NCBI RefSeq assembly: GCF_009914755.1
Contig: NC_060945.1
DNA: 64,000 bases
Source of the DNA: the human T2T-CHM13v2.0 reference genome, Homo sapiens
Strand: one strand, 5' to 3'
Part shown: positions 30,997 to 46,483 of the stretch, one piece after another
Layout of the letters: each line of letters starts with the position of its first letter
How positions within the stretch are numbered: position 1 is the first letter of the stretch
Program-made: the position numbers and the translations under genes
Notes under the pieces: model-generated
The model's database searches: none
Told to the model about the DNA's origin: nothing
What the model saw: the letters and a program-made list of their open reading frames with translations, nothing else

Positions 30997-32395
30997 ATCT
31001 CATCTTTTGGACTGGACCTTCTTGAGTACTTGGACCTATGTGAACCAGGCTGACTCCCCTATCTGACTTCGAAAAAAAAATACGTTAATTTTTTGGCTAC
31101 TCCTACAAAAGGGTTGAGTATCCAGTACTCTTTAATGTGGAATTCTCCTCCCTTCTCTGGGTGATAGTGAGGCCATCGTGTTCTGTGTTGTAACCTGTCT
31201 GAGACTCAATAATATTTGCGTAAAAGTCCACAGTATTTTAGAGCTTTTTAGAACAGAATTAGAACCCTGGAACTACCAGTTGAGTGGATCTCCCAGGATA
31301 TCATGCAGTCTCACTGCCACAGGACTACATTAAGGAAATGAGCAAAATTGCAAGGTCAAAATCATTTGGCAAGGAATTCTTTTCCTTTGCTTACATCTAA
31401 TTGGTCTCTAGCCATGAGATATGCTCATATAGAATTAACTTCAGATTTTAAAAATATGGGAAATGTGAGTTCTGGTTTTAATTGCTTCCTTGGCAATTAA
31501 ACGTCTCTACTGGGAAAATATAAAGTTAAATACATAGTTACTGCAGGTATCATCATTTTGGAACTTGACAATATTGTGCACACTGAAGTGATCACAGTTG
31601 AACTCACATCTCTTATTTGCGTTTCGGTACCTTTTCACACAACTTTTCGTCTCGTAAAAAGGTGGTCGTTGAAAATTTTGAAGCATGACTTGAAAGCTTT
31701 ACAAATTATTGTTATGACTTTGAGAAGAAAAAAAAGTGGAAAATATTTTTAAATTAGGAAACCCATGGCTTTAAATTAAAATTTTGGGATTCTCGTCCTT
31801 ATAGCACTGCTCTTGACTAATCTAAATACCTATAATAATACTGGGTTTAAATGTGAGCCCTTCTCTGGCGCACAGGGGGAATTGATTAGAACGATTAACT
31901 AGAGGCATTTTCCTTGGATTTTATTCTTGGCTCCAACATAGATTTTATTGGATCCTCTTCCTAAGCCACCATCCATTGTGTTAGAAACATATATCACTCA
32001 CTGTAGCTAGGCAGCTGTGAAATGAAGCATGGGATCAACTCTGTTTTTCACTCTGTTGAGGAAAAAAAATCATTTTTAAACCTCTTATTTCACATTCTTA
32101 TAACTTTTGGGGAAAAACATTCTACCCCCCTTGGAAGTTATAGTTTCTCAGTGTCATTTTCAGACCCGGGTGATCCCCTCTTCTGACACACATATAATTA
32201 TGTTCTACATTCTGAGGATTTATTGAGTGTATTGCCAACTGGTCTTTAAAATACATTCTTCAAATCCTGCTTTTGCTTGAATAATGTCATCTCTATCTTC
32301 AGCATATATTAATAACCGGAATAGTAAAAGAAATTTGCCTAAGAAGTAAGTTATATTTAAAAGCTATTTGATGCTATGTATATGATATTACCTGG

Positions 32396-32760
32396 TGATA
32401 TGGTTTGGCTCTGTGTCCCCACCAAAATCTCATCTTGTAGCTCCCATAATTCCCACCTTTTGTGGGAGGAACCTGGTGGGAGATGATTGAATTATGGGGA
32501 CAGATCTTTCTCATGCTGTTCTCATGATAGTGAATGGGTCTTATGAGATCTGCTTGTTTTAAAAGTGGAGTTGCCCTGCACAAGCTCTTTTATTGCCAAC
32601 TGCCATCCATGTAAGATGTGACTTGCTCCTCCTTGCCTTCCGCCTTGATTGTGAAGCCTTCCCAGCCATGTGGAACTGTAAGTCCAATAATCCTCTTTCT
32701 TTTGTAAATTGCCCAGTCTTAGGTATGTCTTTATCAGCAGTGTGAAAATGGAGTAATACA
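32396..32760 (+). mobile_element. THE1 (THE1A-like) solo LTR
   Basis: Starts tgatatggtttggctctgtgtccccaccaaaatctcatcttgtagctccc and ends gtgaaaatggagtaataca; TSD cctgg/tctgg. Confidence 0.93.
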
Positions 32761-33150
32761 TCTGGCATTTAAAAAAAGTACTATATTTATTGCATATAAG
32801 TGAAAATTTATAAAACTAACTATATTAGTAAGGATAGAATAGGTTAGGCTTCTATGAAAAATTAGCCCTGGAATCTGGTTTAAGACATACAATGAAGGTT
32901 AAAGACAAAAGCAGATTTATGTAATGATCATATAAATTCTGTTAAGGCTCAGGGAGCTTTTCAGAGTAGCTCCTCTCTCTGTGTGATGACCTCTTTCTCT
33001 GTGATGAGAGGTGAGGTCACTTGCTTCTTGTGGTATTTCCATTTCAACACATGGTTTCTACAGTTGCCTGTTATAGAGAAGATAGGTTCTTGAATGTCTC
33101 AGCCTGGAGCTGACCTGAATTTCTTCTACTTAGTTTTCACTGCCTAGAAC

Positions 33151-33350
33151 CAGGTTTCTCAACTATGGCTGGGGTGAATAATTTGTTTTGGGGGACTCTC
33201 CTTGCACTGCAGGATGCATGCCAGCATCCCTGGTGTCTATACACCAGATACCAGAGGTGTCCCCTCTGGCTGTGATAACCAAAGATATCTCTAGAGGTTG
33301 GGGTGAGGGCAGCAGTGAATGGAAAAATTGCTTTTGGTTGAAAACCGCTG
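33151..33350. mobile_element. MER20-like hAT element within an old MLT1 relic (~32820-33465)
   Basis: TIR-like ends caggtttctcaac and gttgaaaaccgctg; internal gcactgcaggatg and ccagcatccctgg. Confidence 0.7.
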
Positions 33351-33959
33351 AACCAGAGGTAGTCATTTAGTTCTAACTGCAAGGTTGTTGGGAAGAGTGG
33401 TCTTCTTGTGTTTACAGGAAGGTGAGGAAAATCAGACATGGATATGCACTAGTAGACTGCAACATATTAGCTAACGGAAATACAGACTTTTCATCATTTC
33501 ACTATGTATCTAAACATATGAAAAATGTTACTGTGCTTCAATTTTAACATAAAACAAAACAAATAATACTGCATGTCCAAAGTAAATTTAACAACTCTGA
33601 GCAATGAACTAAATTTTATTAAATTGTAGAAAGAAACATTTGTAGTAAAAATACATTAAAGGAAACATTTAAAGAAGTTGAAATAATAATTATTGTATTT
33701 GACTATAGGAGGCTTAGGAAAAACACTAGCAAATAATTTAAATATGAGCATTAGAAGGAACAAACTAGTGTGACTATGAAAACTTGTTTAGCATCTCTGA
33801 ACGTATGTTTAATATTGAATATAATTTGTTATTAGCCATTAAAACAACCTCTTCTGGGATAGCCTAGTTCAATGTATACTTGTTTACACATGTTGACCTT
33901 GGTAATATGCTTTGTAAATGTGTTGTCAAGTTGTATTTATTAGTCATGGACTAAAGAAT

Positions 33960-34475
33960 ATCTATTAGTCACAGGATAATTAGAATGCTTTCAGTTATAA
34001 GGCTAGAAACCTAGTGGAACCTTCTTCTGGCAGACACACAGAGAGAGAGAGAGAGAGAGTGAGAGAAAGACAGAGAGAAAGGAATTTTTCAGAAAGAGTT
34101 TTTGTTTTACAATAACAAAGCTTTGTTTATTGTTCATGTTACATTTTGGCTTTAGCTCTCCTCCACATATCTTCTCATTCTGGGGCACAGTTTGAAGGAG
34201 CAGCCCCTATCTCAGACTTGTGGAAGAGGAAAAAAATAATCATAGAACAAGCTGATGGATCTTATGGTCTCTACTTGGGCGTATCATATATTCCTTCTGC
34301 CCATATTCTATCAATTAAAGCAAACCATATGGCCACGCATGCTGTCTGTCAAAGGGTGAGAGAAGTATCTCCTTCCACAGGGAGGTGCTGCCAGTGACAT
34401 GACCATAGGAGGGATATAGGTCCTCTTACAGAGAGGACAAGAGATAATTGTGAACAATAATATCATCCATTACAG
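33960..34475 (-). mobile_element. Old MLT1 (J/K/L-like) relic with a (GA)n tract at ~34040-34080
   Basis: ctgcccatattctatcaattaaagcaaaccatatggccac through tgaacaataatatcatccattaca. Boundaries approximate. Confidence 0.5.
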
Positions 34476-34834
34476 ATGTTGAGATGGCTCACTGAAGATA
34501 GGGACAGAACTAGAACTGGGCACAATTGCAGTCGTCTCTGCTTCTCTTTGTTTTAGCCACATTCTTTCCAGCTATGAACAGGAAGTCAACAGCAGTCCTA
34601 GATTTATACTTCCCCAATTAGCAAAATAAATAAATAAATAAAATTAAACTAAAATGAAATGACTTCTCTTTGCTTTACAATAACATGACTGACTGGCCAT
34701 TCCCATGTGTCTAAAAGTAGGGTCGCTAAAAGTAGAGCAATGAGATTTCATCTGGTCCATAGTCATCTGGTCCATAGTCTGGATGAGAAATATTTCCCTA
34801 AAGGAGAATATCTCCCTAAAGGAGGGCAAGCAGC

Positions 34835-35175
34835 ATAACCTGCTGCTTATGAAGAAGGTTCTTGCTTCTCCTTCTACTTCCGCCATGACTGTAAGTTTCC
34901 TGAGGCCTCCCCAGCATGCAGAACTTTCTGGAGGCTGAAAAGTTCAATATCAATCAAGATCTTGCAGATTCAGTTCCTTGCTGAAGGCCTTCTTCCTGGC
35001 TTGCAGATGAGTGCCTTCTCACTGTGTCCTCACGTTGTGGTGAGAGAGAACTCTGCTTCCTCTTTTTCTTATAAGAACACCAATCCTATTCGATTAGGGC
35101 CTCGTCCTTATGACCTTATTTAATCTTACCTCCTTAGTTCATTTGTCTTACTGTAATACAATACCATAGGTAATT
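34835..35175. mobile_element. Chimeric MaLR fragments: MST-like (+, ~34835-34925), MLT1 (-, ~34925-35135) and another LTR end (-, ~35133-35175)
   Basis: cttccgccatgactgtaagtttcctgaggcctccccagcatgcagaact abuts ttctggaggctgaaaagttcaa...tattcgattagggcc, then ttagttcatttgtcttactgtaatacaataccatag. Confidence 0.7.
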
Positions 35176-35679
35176 AAAAAAAAAAAGGTACTGGGAAGTC
35201 CAGAGGCTGTGTAAAGGGGTGACTTCACCAAAACGCAGTAGGACAAGGTATAAACAGACAATATAAAAAGGTGAGTTTTTTCATCTTTCTTTAAGTTTGT
35301 GCTTTCCTATTTCCATAGTTATACAAAAAGTTTTGTCATAATCAAAGGGTAAAACTTGCAGAACTCAAAAATCAATTATGGGGAAAAATGGTTTCCCACG
35401 TGTTACTTGTAAACCTACGAATAGGGATCCAGAACAGTAACAGCTTGTTACTGCATTAAAGTAGTAATATTGTTAACTTGGCAAAGAAGAGAACTTTAAG
35501 TTGCTTTATTCTTGCTTCCAATTACTATTGATTTTTTTTCAAAAACTCTTCTGATGTATTGAGATTTTTTAATGTAGACGGTTGAAAAAAGATCAGTGAA
35601 CCAACAATTATATATTGTAGCCATTTGTAGGTATGTCAGAGATAGAAAGAAGCTCAAATTATAATAATTGACTTCCTAC

Positions 35680-35858
35680 AGCACATTTGGTAATGTCTGG
35701 AGATATTTTGGGTTTTTAGAATCAGAAGGGAGAATGCGATTGGTATCTAGTGGGTAGTCTTATAGATACACATCCTACATTATACAGGATGGCCCCTCAT
35801 AACAAAGAATGATCTGTCCCAAAAATGTCAATAGTAGTATCCAGGTTGAGAAATCCTG
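35680..35858. mobile_element. MER20 fragment
   Basis: acatttggtaatgtctggagatattttggg, cataacaaagaatgatctgtcccaaaaatgtcaatag and gttgagaaatcctg. Confidence 0.75.
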
Positions 35859-36264
35859 CATTAGGGAGTTCTGTTGAGATCAGGAAGCTCTGGACTAGGG
35901 TAAAATGAAAATTAAAAAGGATATAGATACCAGAAATGAACCCACGTGGGTGTGTGCCTGATTGGGTAGAGCCCATAAAAGGCTTGTCCTGAAATTTTTC
36001 CATCATCATCTTTTTTTGCATTTAAATTTCAGTCCATAATTGGCCATGCTTTCTTTAATTGAATGAATCCTAAGAACACTATTAGAATTAGAAGGAATCT
36101 TAGAGGTAATCTAGATCTTGGGCAAGGAAAAGTCAAAATGTCTTCAATGGCCAGACTAGTGACCAAATATGTGATATGGTGAAGTTAAAGAGAGACTCTG
36201 TCAACTGAGAGGGCCTAAAATAAACAATATTCTGGCAGCAGTAAACATGCCTGTACTCAGATCT

Positions 36265-37640
36265 TGATTTCCAGTCCTATTTTCCAATAAAAGGAACAAG
36301 GCCTCTTGGAGAAATGCCTGATTCTAGGACTGGGGCAGAACATATGAAATAAATATCAGTCTGGAGCATCTTAAGGTGCTGGAAGTAAAAAAGTCCTTAA
36401 CAAACAAACCAATCTATATTGATAGGGTATGTCAAAGGAGAACAAGAGCCAACAGAAAGAGCTGCAAATAGCACTACAATAATTTGAGCACTAAAATAAA
36501 GAAGTATTGGATTATAACCCATGGATAAAATAAATATCCATGAGTCTATACTGATATAAATAAGTGATTTTATAAATTAATAAATAGGGGAGAAGAGACA
36601 ACTCTCCCATGCAGAAGATTTTCAAATATAACTCCCCACATCTTATGTGTGAGCTGCACAGAGTTATTTCTTTCTAATGTGTATGGTGTGGAAAGATGAG
36701 GGAGAAAGTAACTTTACAGTGGAAAATCCTGACTACATTAGCCAGAAGATCAAGGTCAGCATCAAAAGTCATAAATCGTGTGGATAGCATGTACCCTTGA
36801 TATGATGTGATGAAACTGTTACTTCCTCTGCATACCCCTCAACTCTAGTCTACTTATGGGAAAAACATCAGATAAATTCCAATACATGAGCATCCTACAA
36901 AATACTTTGCCAATACTACTCAAAACTGTCAAGGTCATTAAAAAACAAGGAAAAGTCTGGGAAACTGGCACAGCTCTGAGGAGCTGAAGGAGACCTGATG
37001 ACTAAATGTAATGGGGTATCATGGATAAGATCCTGGAACAGAAAAAGGATATTAGGTAACAAATGGGGAAATCCAAATAAACTATAAACTTTAGTTAATA
37101 ATAATGTATCAATACTAGGTTATTACTTGTAACCAATGTACAAAGCTACTTGTATTAGTCTGTTTTCATGCTGCTGATAAAGACTTACCAGAGACTGGGC
37201 AATTTACAAAAGAAAGAGGTTTAATTGAATTAAAGTTCCACGTGGCTAAGGAAGCCTCACAATCATGGTGGAAGGCAAGGAGGAGCAAGTCACATCTTAC
37301 ATGGATGGCAGCAGGCAAAGAGACAATGGGGAAGATGCAAAAGCCGAAACCCCTGATAAAACCATCGGATCTTCTGAGACTTATTTACTACCATGAGAAC
37401 AGTATGGGGGTAACTGCCCCCATAATTTAATTATCTCCCACTTAGTTACTCCTACAACCTGTGGGATTTATGGGAGTACAATTCAAGATGGGGTTTGGAT
37501 AGGGACACAGAGCCAAACCATATCACCACTATAAGATGATAATCATAGGGGAAACTGTGTGCAGGGGATATATGGGAACTCTGTCCTATTTGATAATTTT
37601 TTCTTTAAAACTATTCAAATGTCATCTATTAATTAAAACC
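36265..37640 (+). mobile_element. L1MC-type 3' region interrupted by THE1
   Basis: ccaataaaaggaacaaggcctcttggagaaatgcctgattctaggactggggcag, gatcctggaacagaaaaagga and tatatgggaactctgt. Confidence 0.7.
37151..37525 (-). mobile_element. THE1 solo LTR
   Basis: Runs from tgtattagtctgttttcatgctgctgataaagac to agccaaaccatatca; TSD ctact/ccact. Confidence 0.93.
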
Positions 37641-38204
37641 AATTAAAGGGAGGGGTAAGACCTAAGAGATCCTAGAAAATGAATGCCCTGACTGTTTAAC
37701 ATTTTGCAGGTTGATTAAAAACAATGGAATTGACTTGCAATGAAAGTCAGTCCATAGATGCCCAATTTGTAATCTCTAATCTAGTCAACCTCCTTTATTT
37801 TGCAGATGATAGGACAAGAGCCTCATCATTAGTAAAGGGTTTACAGAAGTTGCACGATGATCAATTGCAAAAATCAGAAACCTGGAAGCCAACTGAACTT
37901 CCTGGGCAGCACTCTTTTCTCTAAGTAGCCTCTGCTGTGGGTGTGCTGCTTTGCTAGAAAAGGGTGGCAGTTATTAGTGACCAGTTACTTTTTGATCTTC
38001 ATGTTTAGATATGTGTGACTAGACTGACACTGAAGCTTATTATACAAAACAAAAATAAGAAAACAGAATTTTACACACAGCAAAGTTCTTAGAAGAGCAA
38101 TTTTAACAATTGTCAAATATTTTTAAGAAACAAAGGAATAGTACTTCTATAACTTGTCATGAATTTTGCAGCAGCTAAAATTGGTGGAGCAGTAAGCTTA
38201 TGTT

Positions 38205-38237
<33 letters not shown>

Positions 38238-38994
38238 CAATGGTGATGAGATTAGGATAAGTGAGAATTCTGGGGATTTAAAAAAATCTGGTGTTGTTTG
38301 AATAATACAAGATAAACTATTTAAGTAGGAGTCATAAAATGCAGACTAATTCCTAACTTAGCTGAGCTATCACCTTCATGACTTTGGATATGAGCAGAGC
38401 CTAAGAAGTGAGAAAAATGATGCCAATTTAAATATTCTTATCTAGAATACCCTTATGTGGTTGAATACTCATATTATTAATGCACTTTAGATGAATTGAT
38501 ATTCTTATAAATGCACAATGAGTATAGAATATAAACATAAAATATATTCTTTAGTGTTATTCATCTTTTAACATGGGAATATTCTATATTAATCATCAGT
38601 TTGAAAATTTACTCTTTTAGTTTGAAAAATTGGTTCTAGTTTTACAGATTTTTTCCAAAGTTAATTATTTATTTCTTTTTAATGGCACAGTTCATGGAAA
38701 GAAAATGTGGTATTTTTTTTTTTTAATCATCAAATCAAACACTTGGAATTTCCCAGACCGGTCTAAGTTCCCATTTTCTTTCTCTTGTTTTAAAATGGGT
38801 AGTAGTTTTAAGAACACTTGTTACAGATTACCTCACTTAATCCTTAATACAATCCTCAGAGGAGGAACCATTATTTTCCTGCTTTAAATATGTGGACACT
38901 GAAGGTGACAGTGAGTGAATTGCTGTCTGACTCCAAGTAAGATCGTGTATTTACCCTCTATGTTCTATTGGCATATACAACAGATGTTTACAAA

Positions 38995-39336
38995 AATTAA
39001 AAGCTGATTACATCGTATCTACTTCAAACCCTGCAACAACTCCCCAGTCCTATTAGGAGCAGGACTCAGGGAAGTCTTCTATGAACTCCCTGGTGCCCAT
39101 CAACAGGCCCAAGAGGAGCCTGGATGGCCTTGATTTATGGCCTTGCTGTTCTTTTTACTTTATAGAATTGGTCATGCTTTCAATTATGTATTTGATTATT
39201 TGTGTAATATCTTTTATCACATAGTCTGTAAATTCTCTCAGGACAAGACCACATAATTCACTGTTGCCTCCCTGCTACCTAGAACACTCTCTGGGACACA
39301 GTAGACCATGAAGAATAGTCACTGAATGAATGAATG
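38995..39336 (+). mobile_element. L2 3' fragment
   Basis: ctcagggaagtcttct, gtctgtaaattctctcaggacaagacc, ctgggacacagtagac and tgaatgaatgaatg. Confidence 0.6.
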
Positions 39337-39747
39337 GGAAAGGGTAATTTATTTACATATGACAATATAGCATTTAAATGGCATAGTTTAGACCCTTACC
39401 CTGCCTGTAGTCCATGCAAGATACTGACATAGTAAGTTACCTTGTTACTTTAGTAATAAATGTCCTTGGATAGAGCTCTGGATAGATTGTTCTAAACTGA
39501 AGTCTATTCTTCAGTCAATGACATGATAGTGGAGTGTATGTATATCAAAGTTTATTGACTATTAAATTATGGCAATTTGAAATGTGTATTTACTTTCTTA
39601 GAAATTCTGTTTGCCTTATTTTGTAAAAAATAGAGTGGAGTTGATGGTAATAAGAGGAATAAAAACTGATCATGTCTGCTAGTTGTGTGCAGGGGATGGG
39701 GAGAGGAAATTCAGAAAGAATTAATCTCCTTCCTTGGTAAAGTACAT

Positions 39748-40188
39748 GTAGTGGGTTGAATAGTTGTACAGTATAGTCTCCAAAATTCATGTCTACCTAT
39801 AACCTCAGAATGTGAACTTATTTAGGAATAGCATCTTTGTTGATGTAACAATTAAGATGAGGTCATATCAGATTGGCCATAATTCCAATGACTGGTGTCC
39901 TTATAAGGAGAGGTCAGAACACAGAGACACACACAGGGAAGACGGCCATGTGATGATGGAGGCAGAGATTGAAGTGATGCAGCCATCTAGCCAAGGAACA
40001 ACAAGGACTGCCAGTGGCCACTGAAGGCTAGGAGAGAGGAAGAGAATAGATTCTTCAGAAGGGATCAGCCCTTCTGACACCTTGACTTTGGAAGTCTAAC
40101 CTCTAGAAGTGTGAGAGAATAAATTTCTGTTTTATACCATCCAGTTTATGATAGCTTAAACATCAGAAATTTGTTATGGCAGCCCTAA
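39748..40188 (+). mobile_element. MLT1C-like solo LTR
   Basis: tgtagtgggttgaatag, aacctcagaatgtgaacttatttagg, gagagaataaatttctgtt and ttgttatggcagcccta. Confidence 0.88.
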
Positions 40189-40717
40189 TTCCAAGGATTC
40201 TCTACTAGGAAGCTAATGTATTATGTTTGATCTCACATAATTTAGAAACATCATTAGCTATAGCCTGAGTAGAAGGCCCCCACATCCCAGCCACAGGACC
40301 TGATGCCCACTCCTCTCTTGCTTCACCACACTGCACGCTCTCATTGCATCCCCACCTGAAACGAGAGTTCTCCTTTCCCATCTGCAGAACCAGCCGACGG
40401 TGGGCAGTGATAGCCATGGACCTTCTGCACAAGTCCAAGGCTGCAGAATCTGCACGATATGAACAAGGGACCCAGGCGATTGGATTTCACTATTTATCAG
40501 AGAATGGTGAAATTTTTCAGGGAAAGGGACAGGATGTAAAGAGGTTTAAGAGAGAGGACTGCAAGGAGTGAGTGGGAGGACAGTCAGGGGACAGAGCGCT
40601 CTTCAAAGGTATCCTATTAGGGCCTACACTTGAAGACTTACTAATGTTTTGGCACATGGGTATGATATCATATACCCACCCTCCCCTTAACAGTTTTGGA
40701 ACGAATCCTTGAAATTA

Positions 40718-41973
<1,256 letters not shown>

Positions 41974-42226
41974 AAACAATGGTAGAAAGTGGATCTACCA
42001 TGATTGATAATAACCCATATGAAGAAAAGGTGTGGTCAAGGCCACAGATTTTCTCTCCAGAGTACATGTCTCAGGTGATGCTCTGAGGCACGGAAAAGGG
42101 AGTATCTTCCCCCATGGGTTTTACTTTTGGCAAACACAAGATAAAACAACCTTCCAAAGCATGTGAATGTTACCTAGAGTCAAATAAATCATTCTTACTT
42201 TAGAAAGACATAGTTTAGCCAATAAA

Positions 42227-42989
42227 AGAAATGCAAATCAAAACCACAGTGAGATACCATCTAACACCAGTCAGAATGGCTATTATTAAAAAGTCAAAAA
42301 ATAACAGATGCTAGTGAGGTTGTGGAGAAAAAGGAAAGCTTATATACCGTTGATGGGAGTGTAAATTAGTTCAGCCGTTGTGGAAGACAGTGTGGTGATT
42401 CCTCGAAGACTTCAAGACAGAAATACCATTTGACCAAGCGATCCCATCATTGGGTATACACCCAGAGGAATTTAAATCATTCTATTATAAAGACGCATGC
42501 ACACATATGTTTGCTGCAGCGCTATTCACAATAGCAAAGTCACGGAATCAACTTAAATGCCCATCAATGATTGTCTGGATAAAGAAAATGTGGTACATCA
42601 GCACCATGGAATACTATGCAGCTATATAAAAGAATGAGATCATGTCCTTTGCAGGAACATGGATGGAGCTGGAGGTCATTATCCTTAGCAAATTAACACA
42701 GGAACAGAAAACCAAATACCACATGTTCTCACTTGTAAGTGGGAGCTAAATGATGAGAACACATGGACACATAGAGGGAAACAACACACACTGGAGCCTT
42801 TTGGAGTGTGGAGGGTGGGAGGAGTGAGAGGATCAGGAAAAATAACTAATGGGTACTAGGCTTAATACCTGGGGGATGAAACAATAGGTACAATAAAAAC
42901 TCCATGGCACACATTTACCTATGTAACAAATCCGCTCATGTACTCCTGAACTTAAAATAAAAGTTAAAGTAAAAAATAAAATAAAAAAA
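42227..42989 (+). mobile_element. 5'-truncated older L1PA (PA10-13-like)
   Basis: agaaatgcaaatcaaaaccacagtgagatacc through aggatcaggaaaaataactaatgggtactaggc, then an A-rich tail. Confidence 0.9.
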
Positions 42990-43987
42990 TTTAACCCTAA
43001 GTTAATTCCATGTTTGTATCCACTCTACTAACTAATGACTGTTCCTAGTAATTACTTGTAGCACCTTCATGACTTGGAAATTGGATAAAGTAATTTTTGT
43101 CAAAATCTATATTACCTGGCACCTGTCACTTGTGGCCAGGTTGGAGGGAATAGAGTTTTGCAAAGAAAAGAAAAGGTTCCCCTCCAATAAGTTAAGTGAA
43201 TGTTTTCAACCACTTATTGTTTTCACTGTCCCATGGCTGATGGAAAAGACTGAAGAAATATGTGCCTTACCCAAAGGGAAAGTCATGGCTGTCTTTTACA
43301 GTGTCAGAACTTGATAGGATTTTTAATGTTTTCTCTATTACTGGTTGAAGCAGAGCATGAGTGGGTGATGGAATAACTTATAAAATACAGGAATAAATCC
43401 ATCTAGCCCAAGAAAATCACTGAAGAGCAAGATATAATCGGCGTGAATATTTCCTCCTCTAATAACTGAGTAAGGAGTTTATTGATTGAGAGAAGGCAGA
43501 GTAAAACAAATATTTTCAAGAATATTTTCAAAAGATTTCATGTGATGATGATTTTGAGTATTGTATATCTGCTTTGTCTGGATAGCTGACATCTCCCATT
43601 TTTCAAAAGCTGTGTATGGGTTGGTTTGTGCTAATCAATTCTCTTTTCACACCCGTCCATTTGTCATGTACAGGTTTATCCATCTTCGGATTTTCCAAGG
43701 ATTCTCTTTACTCACTCTGGCTCCATAATGCACTGTCCTTAATAAACAAATAATCTGCTACTGACCCACCATGAGTAGCTTTTCCAGTGGCGGTAAAGAA
43801 AGATGCTTAAATTAAAATCCATAATTTCCAAGACAGTTATTTAGGGTTAAAGCTGTAGCTTTGCACCAAGCAAAGGGGCATTTTTTATGCAAAAGTCAGA
43901 TACTGAGCAACGTGTGGTGAGTTCTAGTCAATTGTTCTTTGATTTATTCATCCACTCATTTACCAATTTATCGGTTATGTTCTAGGT

Positions 43988-44170
43988 CAGTGGTTCTCAA
44001 ACTTGGCTGAAATTATAATTACTTGTTTGTCTTAAAAGAGGATGAAACAGTGAGGTTTGAGTACCTAGTTCCAGGGATCCTGATTTAATTGTTCTGACTT
44101 GAGTCTGGGCATCTGTCACTTTAGAAGCTCTCTTGTGTTTTCAGTATATAGCCAGGTTCAAACATTATTG
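43988..44170. mobile_element. MER5A-like hAT element inside an L2 relic (~43945-44400)
   Basis: cagtggttctcaaacttggctg, ctgatttaattg and gccaggttcaaacattattg. Confidence 0.7.
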
Positions 44171-46031
44171 TTCTGTGTGCTGGATACAGTGGTGAAACAT
44201 ACGGATGGTGGTCTTGCTCACAAGAAATTTATGTTCTGGTGTGAAAATGAAGGGCCATAGACAGATGAGTAAGGTGAATTCATATAACGCTAGGTTCAGT
44301 GGAGAAAATAGAAATAGGTGAGAAGGATACAGAGGACCAAAAGGGAGCTACTTTTTAAAAAGAGTGGTTCATAGGGGAGATGAGGAATGAGCAGAAGCTT
44401 TAATGTGTTTATTGTGCTCAAGAGAGGAGGAGCAGAGAAGAAACATTATTTCTTTAGAAATAAATCAAAACATATACACTTCATCCATTTTAGTGATAAG
44501 AGCTTCATTATTCTTACAAAACTAAGTCTTGGGACTTTCTATGTTAATAAGTCAATTGGGGGTACAAAGATGAATAAGGAACACGAAACTTTCAATCTAG
44601 TACATATGTAATTAACAAGTTGGATATAATTTGGAACATGCTAACGTGGTGGTAGTGACGTGAAGGAGCTTTTGATCCATCGGTGGGTTTTAGGGTTGTT
44701 TTACCATATTCAAGGACTCCTCACTCAGCCTGTTTTCTATTTAGCATTCCTTTCACCTTAATTTTGGCTCTTGCCTTTTATATTTTAGAAGGGTGGTTTT
44801 AAATGGAATTTAGAACTGACGAGTGTTAGGCAATTGTACTGATCTTTGGGTAGAATTGATCAAATGAGTAATTTAGGACAAGAACATTCACTTCTCTTTT
44901 ACTGTGAACTTTGCTAGGCACTGTGGTGATTCAAAATGAGTTAGATGTAGTTAGTTAGTTCCCTGGGTAGATTTAAGGAAGAGTAAATAAAACAGAAAAG
45001 AACGTAATCACAATGCAAAATTAAAAGTGCAATTATAAGGAACACAAAGAGTGAGTGGGCGAGCGGAGGAGGGAGTGAAGAACTTCAACTGATAGTAAAC
45101 CTGGTATTGACATCCAGGCTACCTCAGGGGGCCGGTGCTGGCTCTATTCATACTTATTCCCCAAAATGGTATGACCAGGATGGTGTGGTTTTCGATGAAA
45201 TCTGAGTCTCAAGGAGCTAAATTAGGTCATTAGTTAATTAAAAAAAAAATCTTGGGAGCCAGTTAAAGAAATGCTTATCTCTAAATAATAAATATATTCA
45301 TTCTGATTTTCTTTCTAGATGGTCTTTTCTTTTTGTTGCACTTGACTTTCACTTCAGAAGCAATTCTGGGTGATTTTTAGTTGCTCATTAACATCCCAAG
45401 GTAACATTCTGTGTTTAGCTTTTACAGAAACTAGGAAAAGGGCTTATAGAGAAGTAAATACAGATGAAAACAGGAGCTGGATAATAATAGTAATTTCACA
45501 GCACCTTTCCCCCAAGGTGTTTAAAACATTTTGCAAAATACAAACAAGGATACTGAGAACTCCCAGGGGAAGGTGGCAAAAATCATAGCCTCCATTTATA
45601 GATGAGTCTTCCCAGAGAATCTCTGCGGAAAAGAAAAGTGAGGTGATATGATGATTTTATAGCTACCCTAAAAATATCCTTGACGGAAGAGCCTTCTTAT
45701 GAGAAACCAAATTTTGTACACAGTGACTGTTGGTAATAGACACATTTATTACTGATTATAACAACAGCAAACCTTCCATATTAATATTGAAGTTTTAATA
45801 TTAATAGCAATATTAATATTTGCTATTATCAGTGTCATTCAGTACTTGGTTAAATGATAAACTTCCAGATTGAATCTTAATTGTGCATACTTCAAAGTTT
45901 AACCCTCTTACTTGGAGTTATTCTGTATTTAATATCTGATTCCACTGTTTTTTGAATTGATTTTACCCTACCAAGCTGACTGTAAGGTCAATGTGAGAAG
46001 GGGACTCTCCTAATACACAGATTGGTCTTAA

Positions 46032-46327
<296 letters not shown>

Positions 46328-46483
46328 CAAGAACATAGTACTTTTTGAATAAAGCAAACTCTTTTGGAACAAAATGTTGAACCAGTAGAAAACAAACAAA
46401 CAAACAAACAAAAACTACATTCTTTTTCCTCTTATGAGACCACTTACAATTACTTATCACACCAATGGTTCTGGTCTATGTCC

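Noticed and set aside
38745-38754. NF-kB site ggaatttccc
   Set aside because: A single 10-mer without supporting context; degenerate kB matches are expected by chance.
42227-42600. The adjacent L1 starts at gaaatgcaaatc, where the neighbour's inverted segment ends, and contains the segment the neighbour lacks
   Set aside because: It lies outside the neighbour's TSDs and has an older, different 3'UTR; most likely coincidence.
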